The notes under the pieces were generated by a model that saw only the letters and a list, made by a program, of their open reading frames with translations, did not search any database and had not been told where the DNA came from. DNA of 59,623 nt. It comes from Ruditapes philippinarum. Lineage: Eukaryota. Numbering within the stretch: position 1 is the stretch's first letter; each line of letters starts with the position of its first letter. Both the position numbers and the translations under genes were made by a program. Positions 1 to 11,451 of this stretch are shown here, piece by piece. The stretch lies in NCBI RefSeq assembly GCF_026571515.1, contig NW_026862901.1, positions 1-59,623 of the forward strand. The letters are read 5' to 3'.

Positions 1-97
1 GAATTTCAACGACCCAACGCCGGTTTACCACGGTTGATCATGGTTGACTAAACCGTGGCAAACCGGGACACCAAACTGGGACTGTGTAAATGGGGCT
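1..97. mobile_element. Right end of a probable PIF/Harbinger-type non-autonomous DNA element (truncated by window edge)
   Basis: GC-richer block with internal palindromic CCACGGTT/AACCGTGG, ending ...GTGTAAATGGGGCT followed by TAA. The reverse complement AGCCCCATTTACAC plus a TAA target resembles Harbinger termini. The other end is not in the window. Confidence 0.4.
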
Positions 98-487
98 TAA
101 ACCGCCCTGGTATGACTGTATTACTATTAGTACTAGCAAGAAAAAGGTCTTCAAATCAATGAAATTACTATACCGAATTCTGATCGCGACAATATCATAA
201 TACTTTTAAGATGTTGTCAATCAGAGTTATAAATGAAAAAGGGAGACAAAAGAAAAATACTTATCTATTGAGACTTGGATTTCAATTGTATCATTCTAGA
301 ATACGCTTTCTAGCGTCAATATTACATTATATAGCAGCTCAAATCCTCAATATTTAGGTTCATAAAAGAAAACAATTAAAACGAAGATATTTTTTGTTAA
401 ATGGCAATTACAGTACAAATAACTATGAGAGCGTTTTAAATTAAAATACTACTGCTTTTAATCATGATTTTAACATGAATTTATATC

Positions 488-660
488 TTGCGACATTTAA
501 CGGTAGTGTTGCGACATTTAACGGTAGCGGAAATTCGTGCGACATTTAACGTTAACATTGCGACATTTAACGACAAATGATTTTGCGACATTTAGCGGTA
601 TTGGTGCGACATTTAGCGGTAAGTGCGACATTTAGCGGCGTCGCGACATATAACGGCGCC
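488..660. repeat. Eight irregularly spaced copies of GCGACATTTA(A/G)CG(G), likely subterminal repeats of a DNA transposon end
   Basis: Direct copies start near 489, 510, 538, 559, 584, 605, 624 and 643, separated by short variable spacers. Confidence 0.75.
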
Positions 661-1028
661 AAAATCGTTATGATTCACATCATTTACATACAAAAAATGG
701 TTGAAGTATTTAACTTTACATGTATATGTTTAATACTTTAAGAATATATGGAAAATAGGCGCAGAATCAGTGTCTGAAAGTGCATATCAATCATAAGAAT
801 ATAATATTTTGCTCAAAAAGTACAACTAAAATTTCTATAAGCGTATATACCTAATTACACGATTCTACAGTAAAAAATACATTTTAAAGACGACAAGAAG
901 TCACCTTAAGCAACTAGTCAGTATGTTACGAAGTTTGAAATATGTGAACGTATTTCTTTCATATATGTAATCTGAAAGCATAATTTTTGAGAATTCAAGC
1001 AATGATTGCGTACAGACAACATATATTT

Positions 1029-1263
1029 GAGCCGCGCCACGACAAAACCAACATAATGGGTTTGCGACCAGCATGGATCCAGACCAGCCTGCGCATCCGC
1101 GCAGTCTGATCAGGATCCATGCTGTTCGCTTACAAACCCTATAACAAGTAGAGAAACTGATAGCGAACAGCATGGATCCTGATCAGACTTCGCGGATGCG
1201 CAGGCTGGTCTGGATCCATGCTGGTCGCAAACCCATTATGTTGGTTTTGTCGTGACGCGGGTC
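1029..1263. mobile_element. Palindromic MITE, 235 bp, Sola-like termini, copy 1
   Basis: ~100-bp terminal inverted repeats (GAGCCGCGCCACGACAAAACC... / ...GGTTTTGTCGTGACGCGGGTC) and a 4-bp TSD ATTT (1025-1028, 1264-1267). A near-identical copy lies at 10758-10992. Confidence 0.92.
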
Positions 1264-2039
1264 ATTTTTGTTTTACACTTTAAATAAAAATAAATAGTAA
1301 CACCTTAAACATTACCAATTTTCTGTAAGAATCTTAAAGACACTTTATAATTCAGTCTCAGAAATAAATAACTGTGTTGTAAGTTTTGTAGTATGTAATG
1401 TGCTTCTCACGTCCAATTGCAAATTTCACCCTTTCCTTCATTTGTTAAAGGCCCTCGAATACAATAATATAAATACACTGATCTAACATAATATTATACT
1501 ACGCAATATAAATATCTAAGTTAAGGGTAAGTAAATGCTTGGGTAAGTTGAGTTCGGTTATTTCATTAAATTGTCAAAAATCTACTTAGATTAAATCAAT
1601 TCATGTACAAAATTTAAAAAAAAGTAAACTTTGCTTACATATTAAAGTTGCACGCCTCCAGATGAGTCAAAATATTTCAAGAAATTCAATCTTTAGAAAA
1701 ATGTATTAAGATCTAAAATGTATCAAGATGAGTTGACAAAATCAAACTGTGTGGGTTTTTCCGCCCCTGTATATATGTGCGCGCCCGTGTGCAAAAAAAA
1801 GAGTGCGTGCGCGTGAGCGTATGCATGTTTGTTTCTGAGAAGAAAAAATTCAAGTTATTGTAAATAAATTCATAATTATTTCTGACTAGCTTTGTCTGTA
1901 GTGCGCTTTTCAGTATAACGACATGTGATTAAATATTAATGCAAGTATTGCATTATGTGTATTTCTTATACATGTAACACGTAATTATATGTGTACTCCA
2001 AAACTTCGTTTACTGTCAGGCAATTGATCTTTTTTCTGC

Positions 2040-2200
2040 GGCACACTATCTCCATTTCCGGTATCGGAAAAAAAAATGACAACGCTGCTTCCGGAAATTG
2101 CCGAGTAGAAACGAAATACTGTCGTCCGATCAGGCTCTGCGGAAGAAGTTATCGTTCAATCGATTTTCAGTAGTTTCTGTTTAAAATGGTACCCATATGG
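2040..2200 (+). promoter_or_regulatory. Candidate Pol II promoter / transcription start region
   Basis: Local CpG-rich island in AT-rich DNA, with clustered ETS-like cores (TTCCGG ~2056, CTTCCGGAAA 2088-2097, GCGGAAG ~2139) and AAAATGG at ~2183. Plus-strand splice signals follow. Confidence 0.4.
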
Positions 2201-2354
2201 TTTGTTTTACCGCAACAATAATCTAATGTATAAACTTAATGTTTTAGAAAGCTATGAAATTTTCATGTCATAATAGGGAATAATCAGGAGTTTTTTAGAT
2301 CTATGTTTTTGTGATATTGATAACATGTTTAGAGCATGTATGCTATTTCTTCAG

Positions 2355-2467
2355 GAAGCACTAATTCTTAGATATTGATTCGCGTGTGTGAATGCCATAC
2401 AGACTTTAAGAAATCTATGACTAAATTGATTCAATTTTCTTCCGGATTTATCTTTATACCAAAAAAG
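2355..2467 (+). ncRNA. Candidate non-coding exon (113 nt)
   Basis: Acceptor TATTTCTTCAG ends at 2354 and a consensus donor AAG|GTGAGT starts at 2468. All three frames contain stops. Confidence 0.35.
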
Positions 2468-5348
2468 GTGAGTAACTATTCTTTTTTCCTTTTTGAAACG
2501 GTAAAAAATTTTGCCGTTCATATGTTTAATTTTGTTGATAAGGTTAAGATGTCGAGTTGTTTGTTTAATAACTGAATTATATATGTAAAAGATTCATACA
2601 CATATATGGATCTAATAACTTTCTTATCATTGTTTATATATGTATATGAAATCTGATGCATTATGTAGGAGTCAATGTATGAAGTCAACCTGGTATTGTC
2701 CCCATTTTATATATGTTTTAGTTCTTAATAGTATAGTCGCACATTTTTGTTGTCAAGAGTTACCCGATAATTAGGCTTATATGTAGCTGATAATTCATGC
2801 AATATTTATCACTCTGACATAATGCACAATGTCATCTAAGATATACGACTAATGATACATTACATTATTAATTACATTATTTGGATGCTTGTTATACCAT
2901 GTTTTTATACGTCTAATATCATGATCCTAAAAATTAAAGGTATATTACATACATGCATTTCTAAGACGAAATATTAACAAAACAGAATTAATTGCATGTT
3001 GCATAATGAAATAAAAACACTTTTTAATATAGAAAACAACACTTTTGTAAAATAAATGAATGCAACCCATCTTAAGGCTTTTGCAAGGAAAGTCCTATAA
3101 TATATCATTCCTTCCTTTAGACGATGTTTTCTGAAACAGATAATGAATAATAATAAATAATAAGAAACTGTAAGGATTTATAAAAACCTTATAAATGGTC
3201 TATACATATTGACTATAAGGTACAACTAGACTTTTACGTCCAAGAAATTTACCCTTCATCTGTGACAGATGTGATATAAATGAATACTGCTTCAAAAAAT
3301 GACTCATAAATCGCGTGACATTTGAGGGTTTGTCAAATGTACCGGGTTGATTTCAGAAGTAATCTGTTGAATCGTCTGCTTTAAGAGCTTTAGCCGTTAA
3401 AGGGACATTATATAAAGACATATAATGGAATTCAATGGCCATTTTATTGTCTATAATATAGTGTGATTGTACAACAACAAGAGAAGCACTTCGTGATATA
3501 ATTTTGGATCACTGTGATATAATAACTAATTTCAAGCTTGGGAAAAATCTTAGCGATAAAAACACCTTTTTGTATCGTTATTTAGAAAATTGATATCCAA
3601 TGATACAAATGATATAAATGTATTAAAGCCAACACGCAATGTCAGAGCAAAATGTCATTTAAACATTTATATACTTGTGTATATTTGTCGTGGTAGAAGA
3701 TAAGTCTTTGGAAGCTCATGTAATATAACAATACAGTTACATTTATTTACATGTTGATTTCTACAGATTAAGAGGTAAATAAAGAATTTATAGCTTCTTA
3801 TCAATTTGAAAGCTAAAAGTCATCAAATCAATTCATTCCCTACTAATATACAAAGCTTCAGTACAACAACAACATAAACATATATCAGCATCGTGTATAG
3901 TGTATGGACAAACATCAATAAATAAACAAATGGGGGGGGGGGTATACAAGAACAGCATAGTGTGACAGGATTCTATGTAGTTGTAATTAATTGATTTTTT
4001 CCGTGCTTAAAGGAAGAGCTGCAATTAATATCCATGCCGGTGTTAATCATTTGTTTCCTCTAAAGTTTCATAAATTAATGATTACGTGATCCAATACATG
4101 AGTTAGAGAAGTAAATGTGTACATATAATATAGATATATTATGCAAAATAAGCGTTGTTTTAATATACTTATCGGTGATCGAATCTGTGAAAAAAAAAAC
4201 GTTTTCTCGTACATTTTGTATGACATTTGTCTTCACTAAGAAGAAGACCTTGGAAGCGTTTCTACTCAAAGTTCTTTTTTTCTTTTTATGTCAATATATC
4301 TTCCAGAAAATCCAAAGCTATCATTGATCCGTAGATGTGTACCTGTTATTGTCATTTTATGCGAAATTGTCTGTGTTTAATGCTTGACTAGAATTATTTA
4401 TTTCGTTAAATTTACTTTATTTTATAGGAAACTATAATACTATAAGCATTTGAGATTCAAAATTTATTATTTTGGTTTTACACTTCTTGAAACATGGTTT
4501 TATACTACTTGAAACATTTGTCGAATGTTTTGTGGAATATAATTAACAACATCATTGTGTTTAAGTCTTATTTCATATTATTGATAATTGATTTGGTCTG
4601 ATATCGGATACAACAGTATTGCTTGTATTTTGAACAAATTAAATTATTAGGACATTTAGCGTTCGCAATCTTAAGATGCACAGATAAAGCTATTTAGACT
4701 ACACTATAGTCTCCAGATACGAATTATCTGATCATTGGCATATATTATAGGATAAATCATTGACCTCATCTTTAATAGAGATAAATAATTTTCGAGCTTT
4801 TATAACATATTGATTTATTCTTATTTCTTAGAGACTTAAATACATATTTTGTTCGTATTTGATGAATTTACTTGAATTTGGACACTAGCCGAATGTAAAA
4901 AATATATGAAATTGAATTTAGAACAGTCATCTGAAATAGAAAAAAATGTGGATCAGAAAATCATTTTAATCAAATAGATAACCAGGGAACTCAATATTTT
5001 CCTTGCTAATTTTCGGTATTTGAAGGGTACATGTAAAACCCGATGATTGCTTTATTTCTTACCATTTCAAAGACTTTGTCACTGGTAAGGTTAAACTGTA
5101 TGTTTTTTAGAATTATTTCAACATCTCCAAAAATGAAATCTATACTATATACCATAAAAGTGAGGAAATAAATCACATGTCAAATGTACTCTTTTAGAAC
5201 GTCGGGGATGAGATCTCCGGTAATCTGTTATCGTCTGCTGCAACAGCTTCAGTCGTTAAATAAACATAATTTTAAGACATAATGGAACCTAATAGCTATT
5301 TTATTAACTTTCATGATGTGTTCGAGGTTTTGCTAAGATAATAGTTAT

Positions 5349-5792
5349 ACGACAATGCGGCTACGATATGACGACAATACGGCTACAATAATACGACAAT
5401 GTGGCTATGATATGACGACAATACGGCTACAATAATACGACAATGTGGCTATGATATGACGACAATACGGCTACAATAATACGACAATGTGGCTATGATA
5501 TGAACGACAATACGGCTACAATAATACGACAATGTGGCTATGATATGAACGACAATACGGCTACAATAATACGACGACAATGTGGCTATGATACGAACGA
5601 CAATACGGCTACAATAATACGACAATGCGGCTATGATATGACGACAATACGGCTACAATAATACGACAATGTGGCTATGATATGAACGACAATACGGCTA
5701 CAATAATACGACAATGTGGCTATGATATAATACGACAATACGGCTACAATGAAACGACAATACGGCTACAATAATACGACAATACGGCTATG
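5349..5792. repeat. Minisatellite of alternating ~22-bp variants (44-bp dimer)
   Basis: ACGACAATGTGGCTATGATATG alternates with ACGACAATACGGCTACAATAAT for about 20 monomers. Confidence 0.95.
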
Positions 5793-5930
5793 AAAATACG
5801 TGGATGTCTTTACTTTACAACCGCCTGAGTATTTGACCTTTACAGTGCAAATTGGCTGGTTGGCTAAGCAATGGCTTAACTTGGATGAAATATAGTCAAT
5901 GAATAGTTTAAGTTGTTTACACAACAAAAG

Positions 5931-6062
5931 AACACATGGTTTAATGTTTGATAAATTTAACACATGGGTTTGTTGTTGATAAATTCACATGGTTTTGTTT
6001 TTGATTAATTCAACACATGGTTTTGTTTTTGATAAATTCAACACATGGTTTTGTTTTTGATA
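5931..6062. repeat. ~28-bp tandem repeat, about 5 copies
   Basis: Units of AACACATGGTTTTGTTTTTGATAAATTC with variants. Confidence 0.85.
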
Positions 6063-8244
6063 CAATGTGTGAGCAATTGTCCCAGAAAAGGGGCGAAAAT
6101 TTTAACTGCTAAAAGGAGAATTATCCAATGTGGTCTGAACTTAAATAGTTTTACATTTGGTTCAAATATTCTTAAAATTATATATTTTTCTTGAGAAAGT
6201 ATCAAAAGCAGAACGGTTAAATTCCATTGTTTAACCCAATGTTATTATCATCAAACTATTCAATTGGTATACATAAGACATTTTCTGCTCACCTATTATG
6301 TATTGGGTGGTTTCAAACGCAAAAATGGTGGTCAACATTTTTAAAATTGCGCAGTTGTACTAGTAAATTTTAAGAACCATTACACTAAACAATCAATGCA
6401 ATATGAATATATCTATCAATCCTCCACCGTCTTAAATATTAGATTGTTACATACATCGAATAAAACTTCTACACATATCATACAGGCTTCAAACTATGCA
6501 ATCAATAAACAACATTGAAAGACTTGGTATATAAAGTTACAGAGCGACAGAGTTGTGCAATCAATCAAAATTTCTCATTAACGTAATTGATGTCAATTCT
6601 AATGAGAATTCGTTAATAATACGATAATTTAATTATGAAAACAAATCAAACACAACTGCAGTTATAATAAAGGATTATAGACATTTTGAAGTTGTTAGAG
6701 GATTTAGATATTTAAACAGTTCGCGGTTGTTTTGCTTATACCAAACGTTTAATTTTCCGGCTTTTATTTGTATAATGTTTTGTTGATTGATGGGTGCTTG
6801 ACAGTTAGCAAGATTTTTTATACTCTTGCACTCGATGAATGATAGAATTGTTGCGTGGGAAGGTCATGTGATACTACTTGATACATTCTATTGTACTTTT
6901 ATCGTTTATTTGTCAATTACAGTAAAATATGATTATAATATTATGAGGCGTGATTTCCCCGGGATTGACTTTTAGGTAAACAAGGGCATCCGTAATGGAT
7001 TATTTTTGTGTTTCATACCCCTGCTATTCTATGAACTGTAGGAAATACATACAACTATTTATTGTGAAGGAACCCAATTTTATTGACCAATTTCACCATC
7101 TGATATTGCACTGTTATAATTCTCAGAAAATTAGCAATTATATTTAATTGCTTTGCTGGTATATAACAAAGATCAATCTATTAGGACAAGTAGCGTCCGC
7201 AATCTAAAGATGTATCAGATATTCCCTGATAGGGGGCGCTATATAGTCCCTAGGTATGAATAATATTTAATTAATTAGTTTTATTTGTGAGAAGTATAAA
7301 GTTATCAGTCTTATATATAGTGATGAATGTTTCATCGATTTATATTAGCTTTACTGGTATCGAAGCAGTTTCCGATAAAAATATGAGGTTATTTAAAATT
7401 TTCCCAAATACCACGTCTCCAATTTAAATAAACTTTTGATATGACTAAGTACGTACAGGCCACGCTTTGTTATTGTAAATAAAAACCGGATTCCTAAAGT
7501 ACGCATGCGCATTACAAAAGGGGCTCCAACGGGAGGTGTAAATTAGCCTTAATTGACGCGCTAAAGAAGCAGTTTCCGACACATTTTTTTAATCGTTTAT
7601 TTTGCGGGTTTTTAAATCGGTATCGATATTTATTTTATTATAAGACTTTTTGAAGACCTATTTAGGCAAATAGTATTATTTTATATAGGGGTTTAATATG
7701 AAATATTCAGAAATTCTGATGAGATTAAATATGACATATGCAGTGATTTTTCGCCGAAAATATCATTACGTATTACAGTGAACTCGACAGTTCCGGGTCG
7801 TCGACAATTCCGGGCCACATTCAGAAAAATATGTTTATTATTTGGAAATGATTTAGTATTTCATTAATTTTATAATGTGTGATGAGAAAATTTAAATACG
7901 GATACATGTATACATAAGAAAAAGAATACTTGTTATTCATTTTCACTCATGGTCATTGAAACAAGACTAACTACTTTCCACGGCCGTATTTTGTATGTTA
8001 GTACCCAGAGTGTAACTTTATTGTATTCATGAATAACACATTAATTTACAAGGAAATATCTATCTAAATAAATTCTTTCTGCATAAATGTTATCTGCAAC
8101 ACATATAAAAAGAAAAAAATTCAATTTGTAACAGAACATGAATAAAAATATCCAACATACTTTAAGCATAAACTTGCCGTTTTATATTAAATAAGTGAAA
8201 TAAAGTTTATTATTTTGTTCTCAGTTCTTCATATATTGTGTTTA

Positions 8245-8672
8245 TCATTCTTCCTCATAGAAACGTGGGAAGCAGGCTTTGCAGTACCACTGCACATCAT
8301 CTTCATCCAAACTCTCTCTCTCAGAAGTTTCTTCTCGCTCTCACTCAAACATTCGAAATGATACCAACCAGTTATAACACACAAATCATTATCACATCCA
8401 TACCACTCGACACCATTTTGCTCATCAAACACTCTTCCTCTAACACCACACACACCACACGTATACTTCCTATCAGCTAACTTTCCAAATTTCTCCTTCC
8501 TCTCTCTTTCTCTTAACTTCTCTTGTTCCCTTTCATTTTTCTCAGTCTCTCTTTTCTGTTTCTTTGCTGCTTTCAGCTCATCTTCAGCTATCTTCTGTTT
8601 GCGCTTCATCTCCCTATCTTCTTCTCTCTGCTTCTTCTCTTCCAGTCTTTTCACTTCTGCATCTTCACGTTC
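8245..8672 (-). CDS. Transposase exon 5: charged coiled coil plus PHD finger (contains frameshift)
   Basis: K/E/R-rich run, then CGVC...WYGCDNDLC...WYHFEC. Removing 2 nt from the GA tract continues ...DVQWYCKACFPRFYEEE*, completing C4HC3. Confidence 0.85.
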
Positions 8673-8891
8673 CTGCAATTATTGGAAATTCGAAAAGTCA
8701 AACTAATTACATTTTCATTTTAAAACTAAAATTTGTGGGTCTTAAATTTATAATAATATAAAAAATCATGTGATTTAAACAACATAATTATAATACACTG
8801 TTATAAAAGATGACTGGAATTTAACAAAATTCTACACATCATTTACTATAAATCTGTATTGGTAAATATAATATTTGATTTAAAAGTATAC

Positions 8892-9565
8892 CTTTAATAT
8901 TTCAAGCATTTCATCTCCAGATAAAACTCGAGCACTTGTCACAGCCTTGCTGGGTCTCTTTTTTTGAGGCATTGGTTTTGCAGGTGGTGGTACCAAAATA
9001 TCGGCCAAAGAGGCAGGAACCACACCTCTTTTCACCAGTGGGTTTTGCCCAATAAACTGCCCACATGTCTCACATGTAATGGTAGGATTATCTCCTCGTT
9101 CTTCCACAGGGAAAGACGGGGGTACCAGCTGACTGGTGTCAATTGCATCTGGATTGACTGGCATTATACCAGCCAATCTAAATGCATCCTTAACAGTGCT
9201 GGGGGCTGTCTGGTCTATGGCATAGCTTAATAGTACAGGCAAACGTGACTTGCCGATGCTACAGCCAGGACGTGAAAAGCTGACGCTTGACGCAAGCCTT
9301 GACACCTTGTCTTTCAAAGGCCCTATTACTTTCACATCCAAAGGCTGTAGATAATGTGTGGTATGGGACGGCAGTCCTACAAGCACCACATTCTCTTTCC
9401 TAGCAGCCTCCACTAGTGGTAATGATATGTGAGACTCGTGGTTATCCATCAACAGAATCACTGGACGCTCTTTACCACAATTGGGCACGAATGCTTTCAC
9501 AAACCACTGAAGAAATAGTTCCGTATCCATATACCCACTATCAGAGGAACTAAAAAGCCATGAAC
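8892..9565 (-). CDS. Transposase exon 4: DDE_1 core
   Basis: SGYMDTELFLQWF...LLMDNHESH...LPSHTTHYLQPLD...AFRLAGIMPVNPDAI. Acceptor CCTTCAG, donor AAG|GTATAC. Confidence 0.9.
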
Positions 9566-9831
9566 CTGAAGGAAAATGCGTGAAAAATATTAAATATAAT
9601 GTAGGTGTAAAATCAATTAACAAAAATAAGTTACTTATCTTTTTTTATAAATGGCTTTTATGATTTTTTACGTGAACACGAAACATTGTATGTCATGAGC
9701 TTAATATTAAGAGGATAAAAAACACTCCGTCGATACATCTGGTAACACATTAGTATATTATATTGTGTATTAAAATGAGTGCAAGTACAATGTAGATATT
9801 TTAAGATATATATTGTTAAAGATATTTTTAC

Positions 9832-10045
9832 CTGGTAGACCATCTTTGTAGTTCCGGTGCGGGAAACCACCTTTAAATATGACCATGGTAGGTATAAAAC
9901 TCCCATCGGCTGACACACACAAATGGGCAGTTACATGGTCATTTGTCATGTTATTCTGTTGAAATACATGACCAGACTTTGGCCCTATAACCCTCTCTCT
10001 TGCACACTCTTTTCCCGACCACCCCGTCTCATCACAGTTGTACAC
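9832..10045 (-). CDS. Transposase exon 3: first catalytic D (YNCDETG)
   Basis: VYNCDETG...HVTAHLCVSADGSFIPTMVIFKG. Acceptor TTTAAG, donor CAG|GTAAAA. Confidence 0.88.
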
Positions 10046-10429
10046 CTTAAATAAATATTGTTTTACAATAACAACGATAAACGTGATTGCAGTACGTTGA
10101 TTTAAATCCGCTAAGTCTCTTAAATACTTCTTTACAATATATTAAGTTTAGTCGGTATTATTTTAATATTTTAATTAAATAAGCTGCCCAAAACGGATAT
10201 AGAATAGTCGGCAAAAGCTGAAGAAACAAAAATTTCTTTGTAAACGGATCTAATTAAAAGAAAACGCATACTAGAGCTGAATATATACTTTTTTTATTTA
10301 ATAGTATTTACGTCTAACACTTTGTTAAAACTTTACTCGGATTTGCCGTCCGGTGCATACGATTTACAAAGGGTATCTTTATATAGAATATTCTGTTTGA
10401 AAAGTAAGTATTGCTATCTCTCAACACAC

Positions 10430-10637
10430 CTGGGATGGTTTGTCCATGACGTTATGCTTTTCCAACATATCTGACCAAAATTTGAAAAATCACTAGCAAC
10501 CGTCTTATTGGACATCCTGTTTCTGCCTCTGTCCCGGCTCTCCGGCTTCCGAAACGCAAGCTGCGGATAATCAGCAATCAGTTTTCTGAACCACTCGTCA
10601 CTTGGACCTTTACACAAGTTGAAGAGCGAACTGCGTC
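10430..10637 (-). CDS. Transposase exon 2 (contains -1 frameshift)
   Basis: GPSDEWFRKLIADYPQLAFRKPE... Restoring one T gives DFFKFWSDMLEKHNVMDKPSQ, which splices in frame to VYNCDETG. Confidence 0.82.
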
Positions 10638-10757
10638 CTGTAATGAAACATTAAAAAACGTTACTTTTGACTATATGGCTATATCTCGGATTTTCATAAA
10701 GAAAATTATGTTATGTTTATATTAAGATTTCATTAGTCCTTATAATTATATACATAT

Positions 10758-10992
10758 GAGCCGCGTCACGACAAAACCAACATAATGGGTTTGCGACCAG
10801 CATGGATCCAGACCAGCCTGCGCATCCGCGCAGTCTGATCATTATCCATGCTGTTCGCTATCAGTTTCTCTACTTGTTATAGAGTTTGTAAGCGTACAGC
10901 ATAGGTTCTGATCAGACTGCGCGGATGCGCAGGCTGGTCTGGATCCATGCTGGTCGCAAACCCATTATGTTGGTTTTGTCGTGACGCGGCTC
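10758..10992. mobile_element. Palindromic Sola-like MITE, copy 2, inside a transposase intron
   Basis: Same TIRs as 1029-1263 with the central spacer in the opposite orientation. GAG...CTC termini and TSD ATAT (10754-10757, 10993-10996). Confidence 0.92.
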
Positions 10993-11165
10993 ATATATAT
11001 TTCATTGAAATGATAATTTGATTTGATATGTGTGAGACACTATAGCAACTGATATTGTTATGAGAAAAAAAGAGTTATTTTGATCATTCTAATGGGGACA
11101 TATTTAGTTCCACCTGAATGTAGGAATATGTTAATGTTCAAACAACTAGGTTTGAAATTACATAC

Positions 11166-11451
11166 CTGAACGTTTCACAATTTCCTGGACATAGCATCTC
11201 ACCATCCTTCTTGTAAGAGGAAACCCCTGTCCAGCCATGTACAATACAAAATTTACCAATCCATCCGTCTCCTCTTTTGTCAGTTGCTTTTCTGGGCCCT
11301 TTTTCGTCCTTACATCCGGATTTTTCACGTGGTCATGCACGGTTGTTCTTGGCACATTAAATTCTCGTGCAGCCTTAGATATTGATAATTGTTTTCTTTT
11401 AACAGCCGACACGGCTTGCATAAGATCGTCATCATTGTATTTTTTTGGCAT
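11166..11451 (-). CDS. Transposase exon 1: HTH_psq and start of CENP-B-type HTH
   Basis: MPKKYNDDDLMQAVSAVKRKQLSISKAAREFNVPRTT...GFPLTRRMV. The ATG is directly preceded by a T-rich tract and AG, implying an upstream 5'UTR exon. Donor CAG|GTATGT. Confidence 0.88.

Larger units (their letters stand above)
8245..11451 (-). pseudogene. pogo transposase, 5 coding exons, ~602 aa when repaired; two frameshifts in this sequence
   Basis: Exons 11451-11166, 10637-10430, 10045-9832, 9565-8892 and 8672-8245, all with GT-AG introns and compatible phases (1,0,1,0). Motifs: HTH_psq (SISKAAREFNVPRTTVHD), YNCDETG, LLMDNHESH...LQPLD (35 residues between D2 and D3), C4HC3 PHD. Lesions: -1 nt in the A5 run at 10485-10489 and +2 nt in the (CT)n tract at 8312-8322. 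Minus-strand AATAAA at 8206-8211. Confidence 0.9.

Noticed and set aside
488-660. CRISPR-like repeat-spacer appearance (also considered for 5349-5792)
   Set aside because: Repeats are ~14 bp with short irregular or non-unique spacers, the context is eukaryotic, and there are no cas genes.
3767-3774. 8-nt microexon ATTAAGAG between CTACAG and GTAAAT
   Set aside because: Plausible signals, but too short to distinguish from chance without junction reads.
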